Assembly (NCBI GenBank): GCA_963665125.2
Contig: CAXXUK010000001.1
Span: forward strand, 2,272,001 to 2,336,000
Length of the DNA: 64,000 bases
Origin: an uncultured Desulfarculus sp.
GTDB taxonomy: Bacteria; Desulfobacterota; Desulfarculia; Desulfarculales; Desulfarculaceae
Direction of reading: 5' to 3'
Of the stretch, positions 1-9,608 are shown one piece after another; position 1 is the stretch's first letter; the number at the start of each line of letters is the position of its first letter. The notes under the pieces were generated by a model. The model was not told the DNA's origin. It did not search any database and was given only the letters and a program-made list of their open reading frames with translations. The translations under genes were made by a program, and so were the position numbers.

Positions 1-456
1 GGCAAAACCGCCGATGGCGATTAGCGGCGTCTTCATCTCGTGGGCCACGGCCGCGGCCGCCTGGCCCAGAGAGGCCAGCTCCCGCATCTTTTCCATGCGC
101 GCGGCCTCCCGCCGTTCCCGGTCGATGAGAAAGCCGGTGATGCCGCCAACCAGAAAATAGACGCCCACGGTCAGGGCAAGATAGAGCTTGGCCTCGGTGG
201 TCAGGGTGCTGGGCCCGACCAGGTCTTCCCCGAAGTTAAGGGCGATGAATATGGCGCAGGCTATGCCGCCCTTGAAACCGAACAGCACCGAAGCCATGAA
301 CAACGGCAGATAATAGGCGTGGCGCACCAGCGGCACCAGGTCCGGGTGGGTTACGCGCATGTTGGCATGCACTACGGCTATACAGGCCAGCAGAGCCACC
401 AGGGGCACAACCTTGGCCCAGACAGGCACCACTTTCCAACGGTCATAAAAGCCCAT
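1..456 (-). CDS. Membrane sensor histidine kinase, N-terminal part (runs off window start)
   Basis: Own translation of the minus strand, not in the ORF track: MGFYDRWK..., several hydrophobic segments, then H-box ELASLGQAAAAVAHEMKTPLIAIGGFA. Alternative in-frame ATG at 540. Confidence 0.85.
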   Translation of the reverse strand, partial: MGFYDRWKVVPVWAKVVPLVALLACIAVVHANMRVTHPDLVPLVRHAYYLPLFMASVLFGFKGGIACAIFIALNFGEDLVGPSTLTTEAKLYLALTVGVYFLVGGITGFLIDRERREAARMEKMRELASLGQAAAAVAHEMKTPLIAIGGFA

Positions 457-696
457 GGAAAAATCCAGATGATCAAGCAACGATATTAAGTTGTCTACAT
501 ACCTTGGCAAACAAACCACTTCCACCAAGCGTGGATTCATTTAGAATACTACATATGGCGCTCCCACACCAAAACCTCATTCGCCGGGTTTTTACTTGGC
601 TCGAGGCGCCATGGCATGTTACCAAGAGAATTGATGCTGATAATGCGCCTGCGTTGCAGCGCCCAGGAACCGATACTGGTCTAAAGGAGCCGTGCC

Positions 697-1128
697 GTGC
701 CAAAAATGAATCGCCTTATCTATCTGGCATTATTGTGTTTGTGCCTGCCCCTGCTTATGGCCATGGGTATGGGCGGCGGTGAAGGCCCCACCCGTATTCC
801 CGAGCCGGACAAGTCTTACAAGGTGGTGATTGTCGACATCAGCGGCCAGAGGGTGGAACTTAGCGATTTTTCCCTGGACGGCCAGGTCTTCGTGTTCGGC
901 AACCTGGGCGACGGCCAGGCCGCGGTGCCCTTTGAAAAGGTGACCAGGGTCGATCTGGTCAACGGCGACAAAGGCCTGATCGCTACCGTCAGCCTCAGCG
1001 ACGGACGCAACGTGCAGCTCAAGGTGCGACCGGGCCTTCAGGCCTACGGCAAGGCCAGTTTCGGCCTGTACCGCATCAAAATGAGCGAAGTAAGCTCCAT
1101 AGAGATCGAGCCCGTGCTGCCCAAATAG
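697..1128 (+). CDS. Hypothetical exported protein
   Basis: 143 aa ORF with AAGGAG RBS, hydrophobic signal-like N-terminus and a downstream terminator. Start may be ATG 706. Confidence 0.75.
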   Translation: MPKMNRLIYLALLCLCLPLLMAMGMGGGEGPTRIPEPDKSYKVVIVDISGQRVELSDFSLDGQVFVFGNLGDGQAAVPFEKVTRVDLVNGDKGLIATVSLSDGRNVQLKVRPGLQAYGKASFGLYRIKMSEVSSIEIEPVLPK

Positions 1129-1151
1129 GCTCTATCTTTCAAAACAAGACC

Positions 1152-1178
1152 GGGGACGCCGTGGCGCGTCCCCTTTTT
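1152..1178 (+). terminator. Rho-independent terminator between convergent genes
   Basis: GGGGACGC-N6-GCGTCCCC followed by TTTTT. Confidence 0.75.
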
Positions 1179-1872
1179 AATGAATTGTAGGCGGTGGTTC
1201 GTCGGGCCATTGCCCCGGCGGCTTGGGCGTTCTGGCCCTCGGCAGAAAAAAACGCACCATCAACAGGCCCATAACAAAGCCGCCGATGTGGGCCATCCAG
1301 GCCACGCCGTCCCCTGAGCCCAGGATCTGCATGAAAAACCAGATACCCAGGGCCAGGATAGCCGGGACCCTGATGGTCTGCACGAAAAAGAAAAACCAAA
1401 TCAATATTAGGATATTGCGCCGGGGATAGAGCACCAGGTAGGCCCCCAGCACCGCAGCGATAGAACCGCTGGCCCCGATCATCGGTATTTCGGCGCCCAG
1501 GTCGGTGACAACGTGGAGCAGACCGGCCAAGACGCCGCCGACCAGGTAAAAAACCAGGTATCGCATATGGCCCAAGGCGTCCTCGATGCTACTGCCGAAG
1601 ATCCACAAATAGACCATGTTGCCCAGCAGATGCCAAAATCCGCCGTGAAGGAATTGGTAGGTGATCAGGCTGAACCACGGCGAAAACGGCAAATCCACCG
1701 GATGGGGGCCGAAAAGCCAGGCCGGCACCACGCCCATGGTATAGCTGATATACATCTCCTGTTGGCGGGACAGGGTGAGCATCAACAGCCACACCGAGAC
1801 ATTGGAAATCATCAGGCCGATGGTTACCAAGGGCGGTCGCAGTTGCGGCCCGTCGTCGCGCAGAGGGATCAA
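1177..1872 (-). CDS. Rhomboid family intramembrane serine protease
   Basis: MIPLRD start, FLHGGFWHLLGNM, catalytic GASG and AHIGG motifs. Confidence 0.93.
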   Translation of the reverse strand: MIPLRDDGPQLRPPLVTIGLMISNVSVWLLMLTLSRQQEMYISYTMGVVPAWLFGPHPVDLPFSPWFSLITYQFLHGGFWHLLGNMVYLWIFGSSIEDALGHMRYLVFYLVGGVLAGLLHVVTDLGAEIPMIGASGSIAAVLGAYLVLYPRRNILILIWFFFFVQTIRVPAILALGIWFFMQILGSGDGVAWMAHIGGFVMGLLMVRFFLPRARTPKPPGQWPDEPPPTIH

Positions 1873-2034
1873 GAGGGCTCCTTTTGCCGGGTTTGTCTAT
1901 TCAACAATGAACCATGGCGGGCCACCGCGCAACCGCTAAACAGGCCCGAACCGGGCCGCCCCCCTTGTCAAGGGCCGCCCTGAGGTATAATCCTTGGTCA
2001 ACCAAACAAACCAGCTACGGGTAATTGTCCGCAT

Positions 2035-3372
2035 ATGAATCAACCACTGGCTCACATAACGACGTTCGGCTGCCAAATGAATGAATACGACTCGGCGCGC
2101 ATGGCCTGCCTCCTGGAGGAGATGGGCTACGGCCCCGCCGCTACTCAACTGGACGCCGATGTGATTCTTCTTAATACATGCAGCGTCCGGGAACTGGCCG
2201 AGCACAAGGTCTACTCGGCCCTGGGCGCCCTGCGCAAACTCAAGTTGCGCAAGCCTAAAACCATCATCGGCGTATGCGGCTGCGTGGCCCAGCAAGAGGG
2301 CAAGCGCATGCTCAGGCGGGTGCCCCACCTTAATTTCGTCTTGGGAACCGCCGCCCTGGACCGCCTGCCCGAAATGATCATGGACGCGCGCCAGGGCCTA
2401 CGCCGGGCCGAAACCGCCTTCAAACAGCCGCTTTTGCAGGATCGGCGGATCATCGTGCCGGAAAAACCCGGCCTCCAGGCCCACATCACGGTGATGACCG
2501 GTTGCGACAACTTTTGCAGCTATTGCGTGGTACCATATGTTAGAGGCCGGGAAAAATCGAGGTCAGCGGCGGAAATCGTGGCCGAGGCGGAGATATTGGC
2601 CGGCCGGGGAACCAGGGAGATCATGCTCCTGGGCCAGAACGTGGATTCCTACCGCGATCCCGACCAGGGCTTTGGTTTCGCCCGGCTCCTGGAAAAAGTC
2701 GCCGCCGTGGACAGCGTCTGGCGGGTGCGCTTCATGACCAGCCACCCCAAGGACATGAGCCCGGAGCTGGTCGAGGCCGTGGCCGGCGTGCCCGAGGTGA
2801 TGGAGCAGGTCCACCTGCCGGTGCAGTCGGGCAACGACGAGATTCTTTCGGCCATGAACCGCGGCTACACCCGGGCCGCCTACCTGGCCAAGGTCGAGGC
2901 CCTGCGCAAGGCCGTGCCCGAGGTGTCCCTGGGCAGCGACCTCATCGTGGGATTTCCCGGCGAAAGAGAGGAGGCGTTCCGGGAGACGCTGGGTATTGTG
3001 CGCGAGGTGGGCTATGACATGCTATTCTGCTTCATGTACTCCGACCGCCCGCTGACCAAGGCACGGAATATGGACGGCAAGATCGACGACGAGACCAAGG
3101 CCCGGCGGTTGCAGGAGCTTCTGGACCTCTACCGGGAGATAGCCGCCAGCCGCAACAAGGCCCTGGTGGGCAGCACCCAGGAGGTGCTGGTGGAGGGCCC
3201 GGCCAAAAAAGGCGCGGGCATGGTCAGCGGCAGGGCCAGGGGCGGCCAGGCGGTGAATTTCCCCGGCGGCCCGGAACTGGCCGGATCGCTGGTCCGGGTG
3301 AAGATAAACAAGGGCCGCACGAACTCGCTGGTGGGCCGGCAGGTTTCAGCGGCGGAAGGGGATGAATCATGA
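2035..3372 (+). CDS. miaB: tRNA-2-methylthio-N6-dimethylallyladenosine synthase
   Basis: TFGCQMNEYDS, LNTCSVRE, radical SAM CDNFCSYC, C-terminal TRAM domain. Confidence 0.96.
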   Translation: MNQPLAHITTFGCQMNEYDSARMACLLEEMGYGPAATQLDADVILLNTCSVRELAEHKVYSALGALRKLKLRKPKTIIGVCGCVAQQEGKRMLRRVPHLNFVLGTAALDRLPEMIMDARQGLRRAETAFKQPLLQDRRIIVPEKPGLQAHITVMTGCDNFCSYCVVPYVRGREKSRSAAEIVAEAEILAGRGTREIMLLGQNVDSYRDPDQGFGFARLLEKVAAVDSVWRVRFMTSHPKDMSPELVEAVAGVPEVMEQVHLPVQSGNDEILSAMNRGYTRAAYLAKVEALRKAVPEVSLGSDLIVGFPGEREEAFRETLGIVREVGYDMLFCFMYSDRPLTKARNMDGKIDDETKARRLQELLDLYREIAASRNKALVGSTQEVLVEGPAKKGAGMVSGRARGGQAVNFPGGPELAGSLVRVKINKGRTNSLVGRQVSAAEGDES

Positions 3373-3854
3373 TCAGGATGGTCGTACAAGGCTTGACCCT
3401 TGACCCGGGCAGCAACTCGCCGATACTGATCCTGAAAAATCCGGACGGCGACGAAACCCTTCCCATCTGGATCGGCCTGATGGAGGCCACGGCCATTGCC
3501 AGCGAACTGGAAGCCGTGCAGTTTTCGCGGCCCATGACCCACGACCTGCTGAAGAACGCCATCGACGCCATGGGTTGCAGCGTCACCAAAATCGAGGTTA
3601 CCGAACTCAAGGACAATACCTTCTACGCCCGGATTCATCTGATGGGCGCGGGCGGCGAGTTGTCCATCGACTCCCGGCCCAGCGACGCCATCGCCCTGGG
3701 CCTGCGTGCTGCGGCCCCCATATTCGTGGCCAAGCAGGTGCTCCAGGAAGCCGAGCCCAAGACCGAAGCGGAAATGTCGAAAAACAGCGACGACAAGTGG
3801 CGCGATATTCTCGATAAAATGCAGCCCGAAGATTTCGGCAAATACAAAATGTAG
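3369..3854 (+). CDS. Bifunctional nuclease family protein (DUF151)
   Basis: LPIWIG, RPMTHDL, DSRPSDAIAL; ATGA overlap with miaB. Confidence 0.93.
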   Translation: MIRMVVQGLTLDPGSNSPILILKNPDGDETLPIWIGLMEATAIASELEAVQFSRPMTHDLLKNAIDAMGCSVTKIEVTELKDNTFYARIHLMGAGGELSIDSRPSDAIALGLRAAAPIFVAKQVLQEAEPKTEAEMSKNSDDKWRDILDKMQPEDFGKYKM

Positions 3855-3870
3855 ACAAAGGCCAACCAAA

Positions 3871-4530
3871 TTGATCGACCTGCACAACCATACCCTGTTC
3901 AGTGACGGCGAGTTGATTCCCGCCGAATTGATCCAGCGCCATGAGGCCATGGGCAACAAGGCCGTGGCCCTGACCGACCACGCCGACCCCAGCAACATCG
4001 ACGTGATCCTGCCCAAGGCCTTGGAGGTGGTGGCCAGCCTCAACCGCTATCACACGGTCAAGGCCCTGGCCGGTGTGGAGCTGACCCACGTGCCCCCGGC
4101 CCTGATCGAACCCATGGCGCGCCAAGCCAGGGATATGGGCGCCCATATCGTGGTGGTTCACGGCGAGACCATTGTCGAGCCCGTTCCCAGGGGCACCAAC
4201 CTGGCGGCCATCGAGGCGGGCGTGGACATTTTGGCCCACCCCGGCCTTATCACAGCCGACGAGGTGGAACTCGCCGCCCGCAAAGGCGTGGCCCTGGAGA
4301 TAACGGCCCGCAAGGGCCACAGCCTGACCAACGGACACGTGGCCAGGTTGGCCCTGGAATTTGGCGCCACCATGGTCATCAACACCGACGCCCACGCGCC
4401 AGGCGACCTGATCAACCGCGAAATGGCCTTTAAGGTCGGCCTGGGCGCGGGTCTGAACGCCCAGCAGGTGGAAGCGGCCTTCGAGGCCTCGGCGGCCATC
4501 GCCGCCCGGGCCGGACTGCCCCTGGCCTAG
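3871..4530 (+). CDS. PHP-domain phosphoesterase (histidinol-phosphatase-like)
   Basis: IDLHNHT..SDG, TDH, HGET, AHPG, NTDAH metal ligands; TTG start at 3871 inferred. Confidence 0.88.
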   Translation: MIDLHNHTLFSDGELIPAELIQRHEAMGNKAVALTDHADPSNIDVILPKALEVVASLNRYHTVKALAGVELTHVPPALIEPMARQARDMGAHIVVVHGETIVEPVPRGTNLAAIEAGVDILAHPGLITADEVELAARKGVALEITARKGHSLTNGHVARLALEFGATMVINTDAHAPGDLINREMAFKVGLGAGLNAQQVEAAFEASAAIAARAGLPLA

Positions 4531-4535
4531 TCAAG

Positions 4536-5591
4536 TTGCACCAGGTCACGGCCCTTATCCACGTCCACACCACGGCCAGCGACGGCACGTCGGACCATCT
4601 TGAGATAGTCCGGCAGGCTGCCAGGGCCGGTGTGGACGTCGTGGTTCTGACCGACCATGACATCATCTCGCCCGGCGCGGGCTGGCACAACATCGGCGGC
4701 CGCAAGGTGCTGGTGATGGCCGGAACCGAAGTCACGCCCCGGCACAACCACCTGCTGGTCCTAGACCTAGAGCGCCCCCTGCCCAAGCTGCGGGGCAACG
4801 GCATCGACGGCGATCCGGGCCGCAGCCTGGCCATGGCCGCCGAACGGGGCGGCTGGGCGGCCCTGGCGCATCCCCTTGATCCGGGCATGAATTTCACCTC
4901 GGGCGGCAAGAGCTTCGCCCTGCTGGACTATTCCGAGATAGACTGCGGCGGCGTGGAGCTATGGAACACCCTGGCCGCCTTCAAGGAAGACCTGACCGGC
5001 CCGGCGCACACCCTGGCCCGGATATTTATGCCCCGCACGTTCCTGGCGCCGCCCCACGCAATGCTCCTGAACCTCTGGGACACCATCGGCCGCCGCCGCC
5101 GCTGGACGGGCTTTGCCGGCGGCGACGCCCATGCCTTTAAATCGGGCATGGGCTGGCTTCCGCTGCGGGTGTACTCTTACCGGCGGCATATGAGCCTGCA
5201 CACCACGGGCCTCTGGCTGCACAGGCCCCTGAGCGCCGACTCGGCCCAAGCCCAAGGGCAGGTCATCGAGGCACTGGAACAGGGGCGTTGCTTTTGCGCC
5301 TCGGGCCGGGCAAAAGGCCTGGATTGCCGCATCGAGCACCCCGACGGCCGCAAGCGCGCCGTTGGTTCGGAACTGACCTTTGAGCCGGGTTGGACGCTCA
5401 AACTGCGTCTGCCCGCCCTGGGCAGGGTGCGGTTGATGCGTAACGGCGCCAAGGTCTGCCAGCGCACGTGCCGCGATCTCCGGTGGCCCCTGGATAGGCC
5501 CGGCGTGTGGCGAGTGGAGGCCGACCGCTTCCGGCCTCCCCTAGGCTGGCGGCCTTGGATCTATTGCAATCCGTTTTATCTGCGCGGCTGA
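4536..5591 (+). CDS. PHP-domain metallohydrolase (CehA/McbA-like) with C-terminal beta domain
   Basis: HVHTTASDG, LTDHD, AHP, ELWN, GGDAH. Confidence 0.85.
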   Translation: MHQVTALIHVHTTASDGTSDHLEIVRQAARAGVDVVVLTDHDIISPGAGWHNIGGRKVLVMAGTEVTPRHNHLLVLDLERPLPKLRGNGIDGDPGRSLAMAAERGGWAALAHPLDPGMNFTSGGKSFALLDYSEIDCGGVELWNTLAAFKEDLTGPAHTLARIFMPRTFLAPPHAMLLNLWDTIGRRRRWTGFAGGDAHAFKSGMGWLPLRVYSYRRHMSLHTTGLWLHRPLSADSAQAQGQVIEALEQGRCFCASGRAKGLDCRIEHPDGRKRAVGSELTFEPGWTLKLRLPALGRVRLMRNGAKVCQRTCRDLRWPLDRPGVWRVEADRFRPPLGWRPWIYCNPFYLRG

Positions 5592-5596
5592 TATTA

Positions 5597-6442
5597 ATGG
5601 ACGAGTTGCTCAAAAAAATTCTAACCGCATCGGAACAGGGTCCGGCCCGGCTGCTGGCGGTGTGCGCCGAGTCCCTGGCGGCCCTGCGACCCATGGACCG
5701 ACAAGGCGCGGCCCGCATCTGCCGGGGGCTCATAGCCGCCCATGGCGACGGCCTGGCCCTGGCCCAAGCCATTGAGCAGACGGCCGAAAGCAAGGCCTGC
5801 ATAGGCTGCGGCACCTGCTGCCTGACCTCCAGCCCCACCCTTTATCTTGCCGACCTGCACCTTTTCGAGCCGGACGGGCCGGGCATGGAGAGCTTCTACA
5901 CCCTGCGGGCCGGCGAAAAAGTCCATTCGGCCAGGCTAGGCCGGAGCCAAAGCCTTGACCGGGATTTGGTCAAAATCCGCGAAAACCGCCACAAGGGCTG
6001 CATCTTCCTGCGCCAGGGCAAATGCGCCGTATATGAAAACCGGCCCCTGCAATGCCGCAACTTGGAATGCTGGTCCGGCCGCGACGCCAAGGCCCTGGCC
6101 GACAAACCGCGCCTGAGCCGGGCCGAGATATTCTCGGATGATGAAACCGCACTGGCCCTGGCCACGGAGTATGACATCAAGCTGCCCGCAGCCGAGTTGA
6201 CCCAGGCCCTGGACCAGGCGGCGGATGGTGATCAATCCGCGGCGGCCTCGGCCCTGCACATGATCGAAACCGACCACCGCCTGAGGGGCGGCATAACCCT
6301 GCGCTACGGATACGGCCCCGAGCTGCTGGAGCTGCTTCTGGGGCGTCCCGCCATGATAGTCTGCCTGGCCCACGGCCTGGAGGTCGCCTTGGACGAACGT
6401 GGCGTGCCGCATTTGCAAGCCCTGCAACAAAATCCCGTCTGA
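5597..6442 (+). CDS. YkgJ-family cysteine cluster protein (CxxCxxCC)
   Basis: CIGCGTCC and CIFL...CAVYENRPLQC motifs; ATG 5597 follows the previous stop. Confidence 0.85.
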   Translation: MDELLKKILTASEQGPARLLAVCAESLAALRPMDRQGAARICRGLIAAHGDGLALAQAIEQTAESKACIGCGTCCLTSSPTLYLADLHLFEPDGPGMESFYTLRAGEKVHSARLGRSQSLDRDLVKIRENRHKGCIFLRQGKCAVYENRPLQCRNLECWSGRDAKALADKPRLSRAEIFSDDETALALATEYDIKLPAAELTQALDQAADGDQSAAASALHMIETDHRLRGGITLRYGYGPELLELLLGRPAMIVCLAHGLEVALDERGVPHLQALQQNPV

Positions 6443-6573
6443 GTCCCTTTCAAACCGGCAAAGCCTGCCCATTCGGCCGGTCAAGGGGAGCGCGGCGTTT
6501 TCCCAAAGCCTAAATTATCAATTTTTTCAATCTGATAAACGGGCACATCCTCGAACCATTCCCCGGTTTTTGA

Positions 6574-6589
6574 TGGCACGGCCTTTGCT
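6574..6589 (+). promoter_or_regulatory. Sigma-54 promoter of the flgL-like gene
   Basis: TGGCAC-GGCCT-TTGCT matches the -24/-12 consensus, 38 nt before ATG 6628. Confidence 0.85.
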
Positions 6590-6627
6590 TGTCATTGTTG
6601 TGGACATTTTTATTGGAGCCTTTAGAT

Positions 6628-9084
6628 ATGCGCATTTCCGCTCCCAGCCAATACAGGACCATGCTTACCGACCTGCAAAGCCAGCTTTACGCCCAATATC
6701 AGATCCAAAAGCAAATCACCACGGGCAAACAGGCCACCACCGCCTCGGAAGCGGGCGGCACTGCAGACACGATCATGCGTACGCACCTGGCCATGTCCCA
6801 GATCACCCAGTACGGCACAAACCTGGAAATGGCCGACTCCTGGTTGCAGACATCGGAAACCGCGATGCAGAATATCGTGGACATCCTCAGCCAGGCCAAA
6901 ACTGTGGCCGAAAAAATGTCCACCGGCACCATGGAGCCCCTGGAGCACGAAACGGCGGCCGAAGAGGTGGCCAACATCTTTGAGCAGCTCATCACCCTGG
7001 CCAACACCAAGGTCGACGGAAACTATCTGTTTGCCGGAACCTTGACCGACACCCTGCCGGTGACGACCTACCTGGACAACACCTTCCCGGCCGAGCTGTC
7101 CACCGACAGCGATCAGGGCAGCGGAAGCGTTGCCAGCATCGTCGACAACCTGGTGTCTCTCGGCGACCTGGCCTTCCAATTGACCCGGGACACCACCGGC
7201 GCCCTGGCCGGGATAACCATCTCGGCCAACAACACCTTGGGCGAAAACGGCATCGTGCCTCCGCTGAGCTTTGACGCGGGCCTGGCCAACTGGATTCACT
7301 ACACCGTGGCCTCCGACGCAAGGGGCCTGGCCGACACCTACATGCTGCGCTACGCCTTCTCCGGCGGCACGGACGCGGTGAGCGCCAGGGTGGGCGAAAC
7401 CTTTTCCTGGACCGCCGACGCGGACGTGGGCGAACAGACCTTTAATTCATTCTGCAAGGTGAGCTTCACCGGAGTGGGAGCGGCCACCCTGGATGTGGGC
7501 GGCGTGCCCACCTACACGGCAAACAGCGCCCAGGAAATGGTGGAGGCCATCAACTCCGCCGGCGCGGACTACTTTGCCTATGCCGACGGCGACGACGTCT
7601 ATGTCATGATCAAAGACGGCGTGGCCCCGGGCACCTTTTACGACATCACCGACGGCGGCGGCCCCATCGACGTCAGCTATTCCACCCTGGACGACCTGAC
7701 CAACCAGATCAACAACGGCAACAAGGCCCAGGGCATGGTCAGCATTGACAACACCGCCCTGCCCGGCCTCACCGACACGATAACCCTGGGCGAACACAGC
7801 TGGACATGGAGCGAAATTACCGGCGGCACCCTGCCCGCCGACGCCGACGGCTATGCCTCGGCCCTGACCAGCTGGATCGGCGCGCACACCGATGAGTTTA
7901 CTGCCGTGGCCACCACCGGCGCGGCCAGCGCCGACGCCAGCGTGATCATCACGGCCAACTCCGAGGGCAAGGCGGGCAACGTCGCGTTGACCGGAACCGG
8001 TGTAACCACCTCCGGCGCGCTCATGGGCGGCATCGACGGCACCGAGCACCAGACCACCGGCAGGCTCTATATCGACGGATCCTGCGACTACGACCTGGAG
8101 ACCAACCTCAACTGCACGGTTCTGGCTGTCGACGGCGACGACGTGACCGTGCGGGTGCGCTGGTACGACGACGACGGCACCCGCCACGTGGAGGACCTGA
8201 CCCTTTCTGCGGCCGGTGACGACAACGGAGTGGCCATACCCGGCATGGACGGCGTCACCCTGTACCGCGACGGTCTCACCTTTGAAGAAGGCGCGGTGAT
8301 GGATATCGCCCTGACCCATTACCAGGGCAACCAGGAAGACATCGAGGTCAGCTTCAGCAAAGACTCCCACATGCGCTACAACTGGAACGCCTCCCAGCTT
8401 TTGGGCGGCTCGTTGACCGTTGACCTGTACGGCGAAACCGCGGCCAAGGTATCGGGCACGGGCACCGGCTCGTTGCACATGGACGGCGCCTACCGCGGCC
8501 TGTACCCCCAGGACTTTGACATCGACGTCGTCGACGGCGGCCAAGTGCCCGGGGACGACGTAACCCTGCGGGTGCGCTGGACGGACCAAAACGGCAACAC
8601 CCACGATGAAGAGATGACCTTCAGCGGCACGGGAACCGACAACGCCCAGACCATCCCCGGCAGCGACGGCGTGGAGATCTACCTGGACAGCGGAACCTAC
8701 CAGCAGGGCGACGCATTCAGTTATTCGGTTGAAAAAGACACCCTGCAGATCATGGACATGTTCACCCTGTGGGAACAGGCCCTACTCAGCGGCGACCAGG
8801 AAACGGCCCAGACCATGAGCCAGGAGGCATTGGCCGTATTGGACGACGCCCTGGAAAAGATCATGAACTACATCGCCGACTCAGGAGCCAGGCAGGAGCG
8901 CATCGATATCCGGGAAGTGGTGATGACCGACCAGGAGCTCTTCCACACCGATGTTCTTGAAGACGTGGAAGCCGTTGACATCACCCAGGCCTATTTGGAG
9001 CTGAATATGCTCCAGACATCGTACACGACCACCTTGAAGGTGACGTCATCGATGAGCGACATGTTCCTGCTCAATTATATGTAG
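6628..9084 (+). CDS. flgL: Flagellar hook-associated protein 3 (FlgL)-like, with large central insertion (818 aa)
   Basis: MRIS...QITTGK and LITLANTKVDGNYLFAGT at the N-terminus; GARQERI...EAVDITQAY...SY...LLNYM at the C-terminus. Confidence 0.85.
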   Translation: MRISAPSQYRTMLTDLQSQLYAQYQIQKQITTGKQATTASEAGGTADTIMRTHLAMSQITQYGTNLEMADSWLQTSETAMQNIVDILSQAKTVAEKMSTGTMEPLEHETAAEEVANIFEQLITLANTKVDGNYLFAGTLTDTLPVTTYLDNTFPAELSTDSDQGSGSVASIVDNLVSLGDLAFQLTRDTTGALAGITISANNTLGENGIVPPLSFDAGLANWIHYTVASDARGLADTYMLRYAFSGGTDAVSARVGETFSWTADADVGEQTFNSFCKVSFTGVGAATLDVGGVPTYTANSAQEMVEAINSAGADYFAYADGDDVYVMIKDGVAPGTFYDITDGGGPIDVSYSTLDDLTNQINNGNKAQGMVSIDNTALPGLTDTITLGEHSWTWSEITGGTLPADADGYASALTSWIGAHTDEFTAVATTGAASADASVIITANSEGKAGNVALTGTGVTTSGALMGGIDGTEHQTTGRLYIDGSCDYDLETNLNCTVLAVDGDDVTVRVRWYDDDGTRHVEDLTLSAAGDDNGVAIPGMDGVTLYRDGLTFEEGAVMDIALTHYQGNQEDIEVSFSKDSHMRYNWNASQLLGGSLTVDLYGETAAKVSGTGTGSLHMDGAYRGLYPQDFDIDVVDGGQVPGDDVTLRVRWTDQNGNTHDEEMTFSGTGTDNAQTIPGSDGVEIYLDSGTYQQGDAFSYSVEKDTLQIMDMFTLWEQALLSGDQETAQTMSQEALAVLDDALEKIMNYIADSGARQERIDIREVVMTDQELFHTDVLEDVEAVDITQAYLELNMLQTSYTTTLKVTSSMSDMFLLNYM

Positions 9085-9089
9085 GCCTT

Positions 9090-9605
9090 TCAGGGGCCGT
9101 CCAGGACCCAAAGGCCCCGGTACTCACGTTGGGCCTTGGCCTCCAATTCGATGTATTCGAGCTTGCGGTAGTAATGATATTGCCGCTGGGCCCTGGCCAT
9201 GCCCATGGAAATCATCAGCCCCCCGAAATCCCGCGAATCGGTCAGCCTGATGTAGGCCAGCAGGCGGCCGTATTTATCTTTGGATGGCCCGCCGCCGTCG
9301 TACTCCAGTCTGACCCGGCAATCCTTGGGCAGGACGCACCGGGCAAAGGCCTTGGCGACCTCGCCGATCGCGGCCTCTTGCTCCTCGCTGCGGTCGTGAT
9401 TTTTCGCGTTGCGTCCCAGGGACTTGCTGCGCCCGGTCTCGGCGGCGTCCAGGCCCAACACCCGTACGAACACCTCTTCCTTGCCCAGGGCGACTTTGAC
9501 GGTGTCGCCGTCGGGCACCCACAAAACCGTGGCCTGATCAGCCGCCGCCGCCGTGGCCAGGGCCACGCACAGCAGCAGAATAAAAGCAGCCAACGTGCGT
9601 CTCAT
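9090..9605 (-). CDS. Thermonuclease (SNase) family, signal peptide
   Basis: VPDGDTV, VRVLGLDAAE, DKYGRLLAY, AQREYRGLW. Confidence 0.92.
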   Translation of the reverse strand: MRRTLAAFILLLCVALATAAAADQATVLWVPDGDTVKVALGKEEVFVRVLGLDAAETGRSKSLGRNAKNHDRSEEQEAAIGEVAKAFARCVLPKDCRVRLEYDGGGPSKDKYGRLLAYIRLTDSRDFGGLMISMGMARAQRQYHYYRKLEYIELEAKAQREYRGLWVLDGP

Positions 9606-9608
9606 GAT

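Noticed and set aside
5597..6442. YkgJ-type protein as a flagellin methylase acting on the adjacent FlgL
   Set aside because: It is coupled to the upstream PHP operon, flgL has its own promoter, and the Cys motif is generic.
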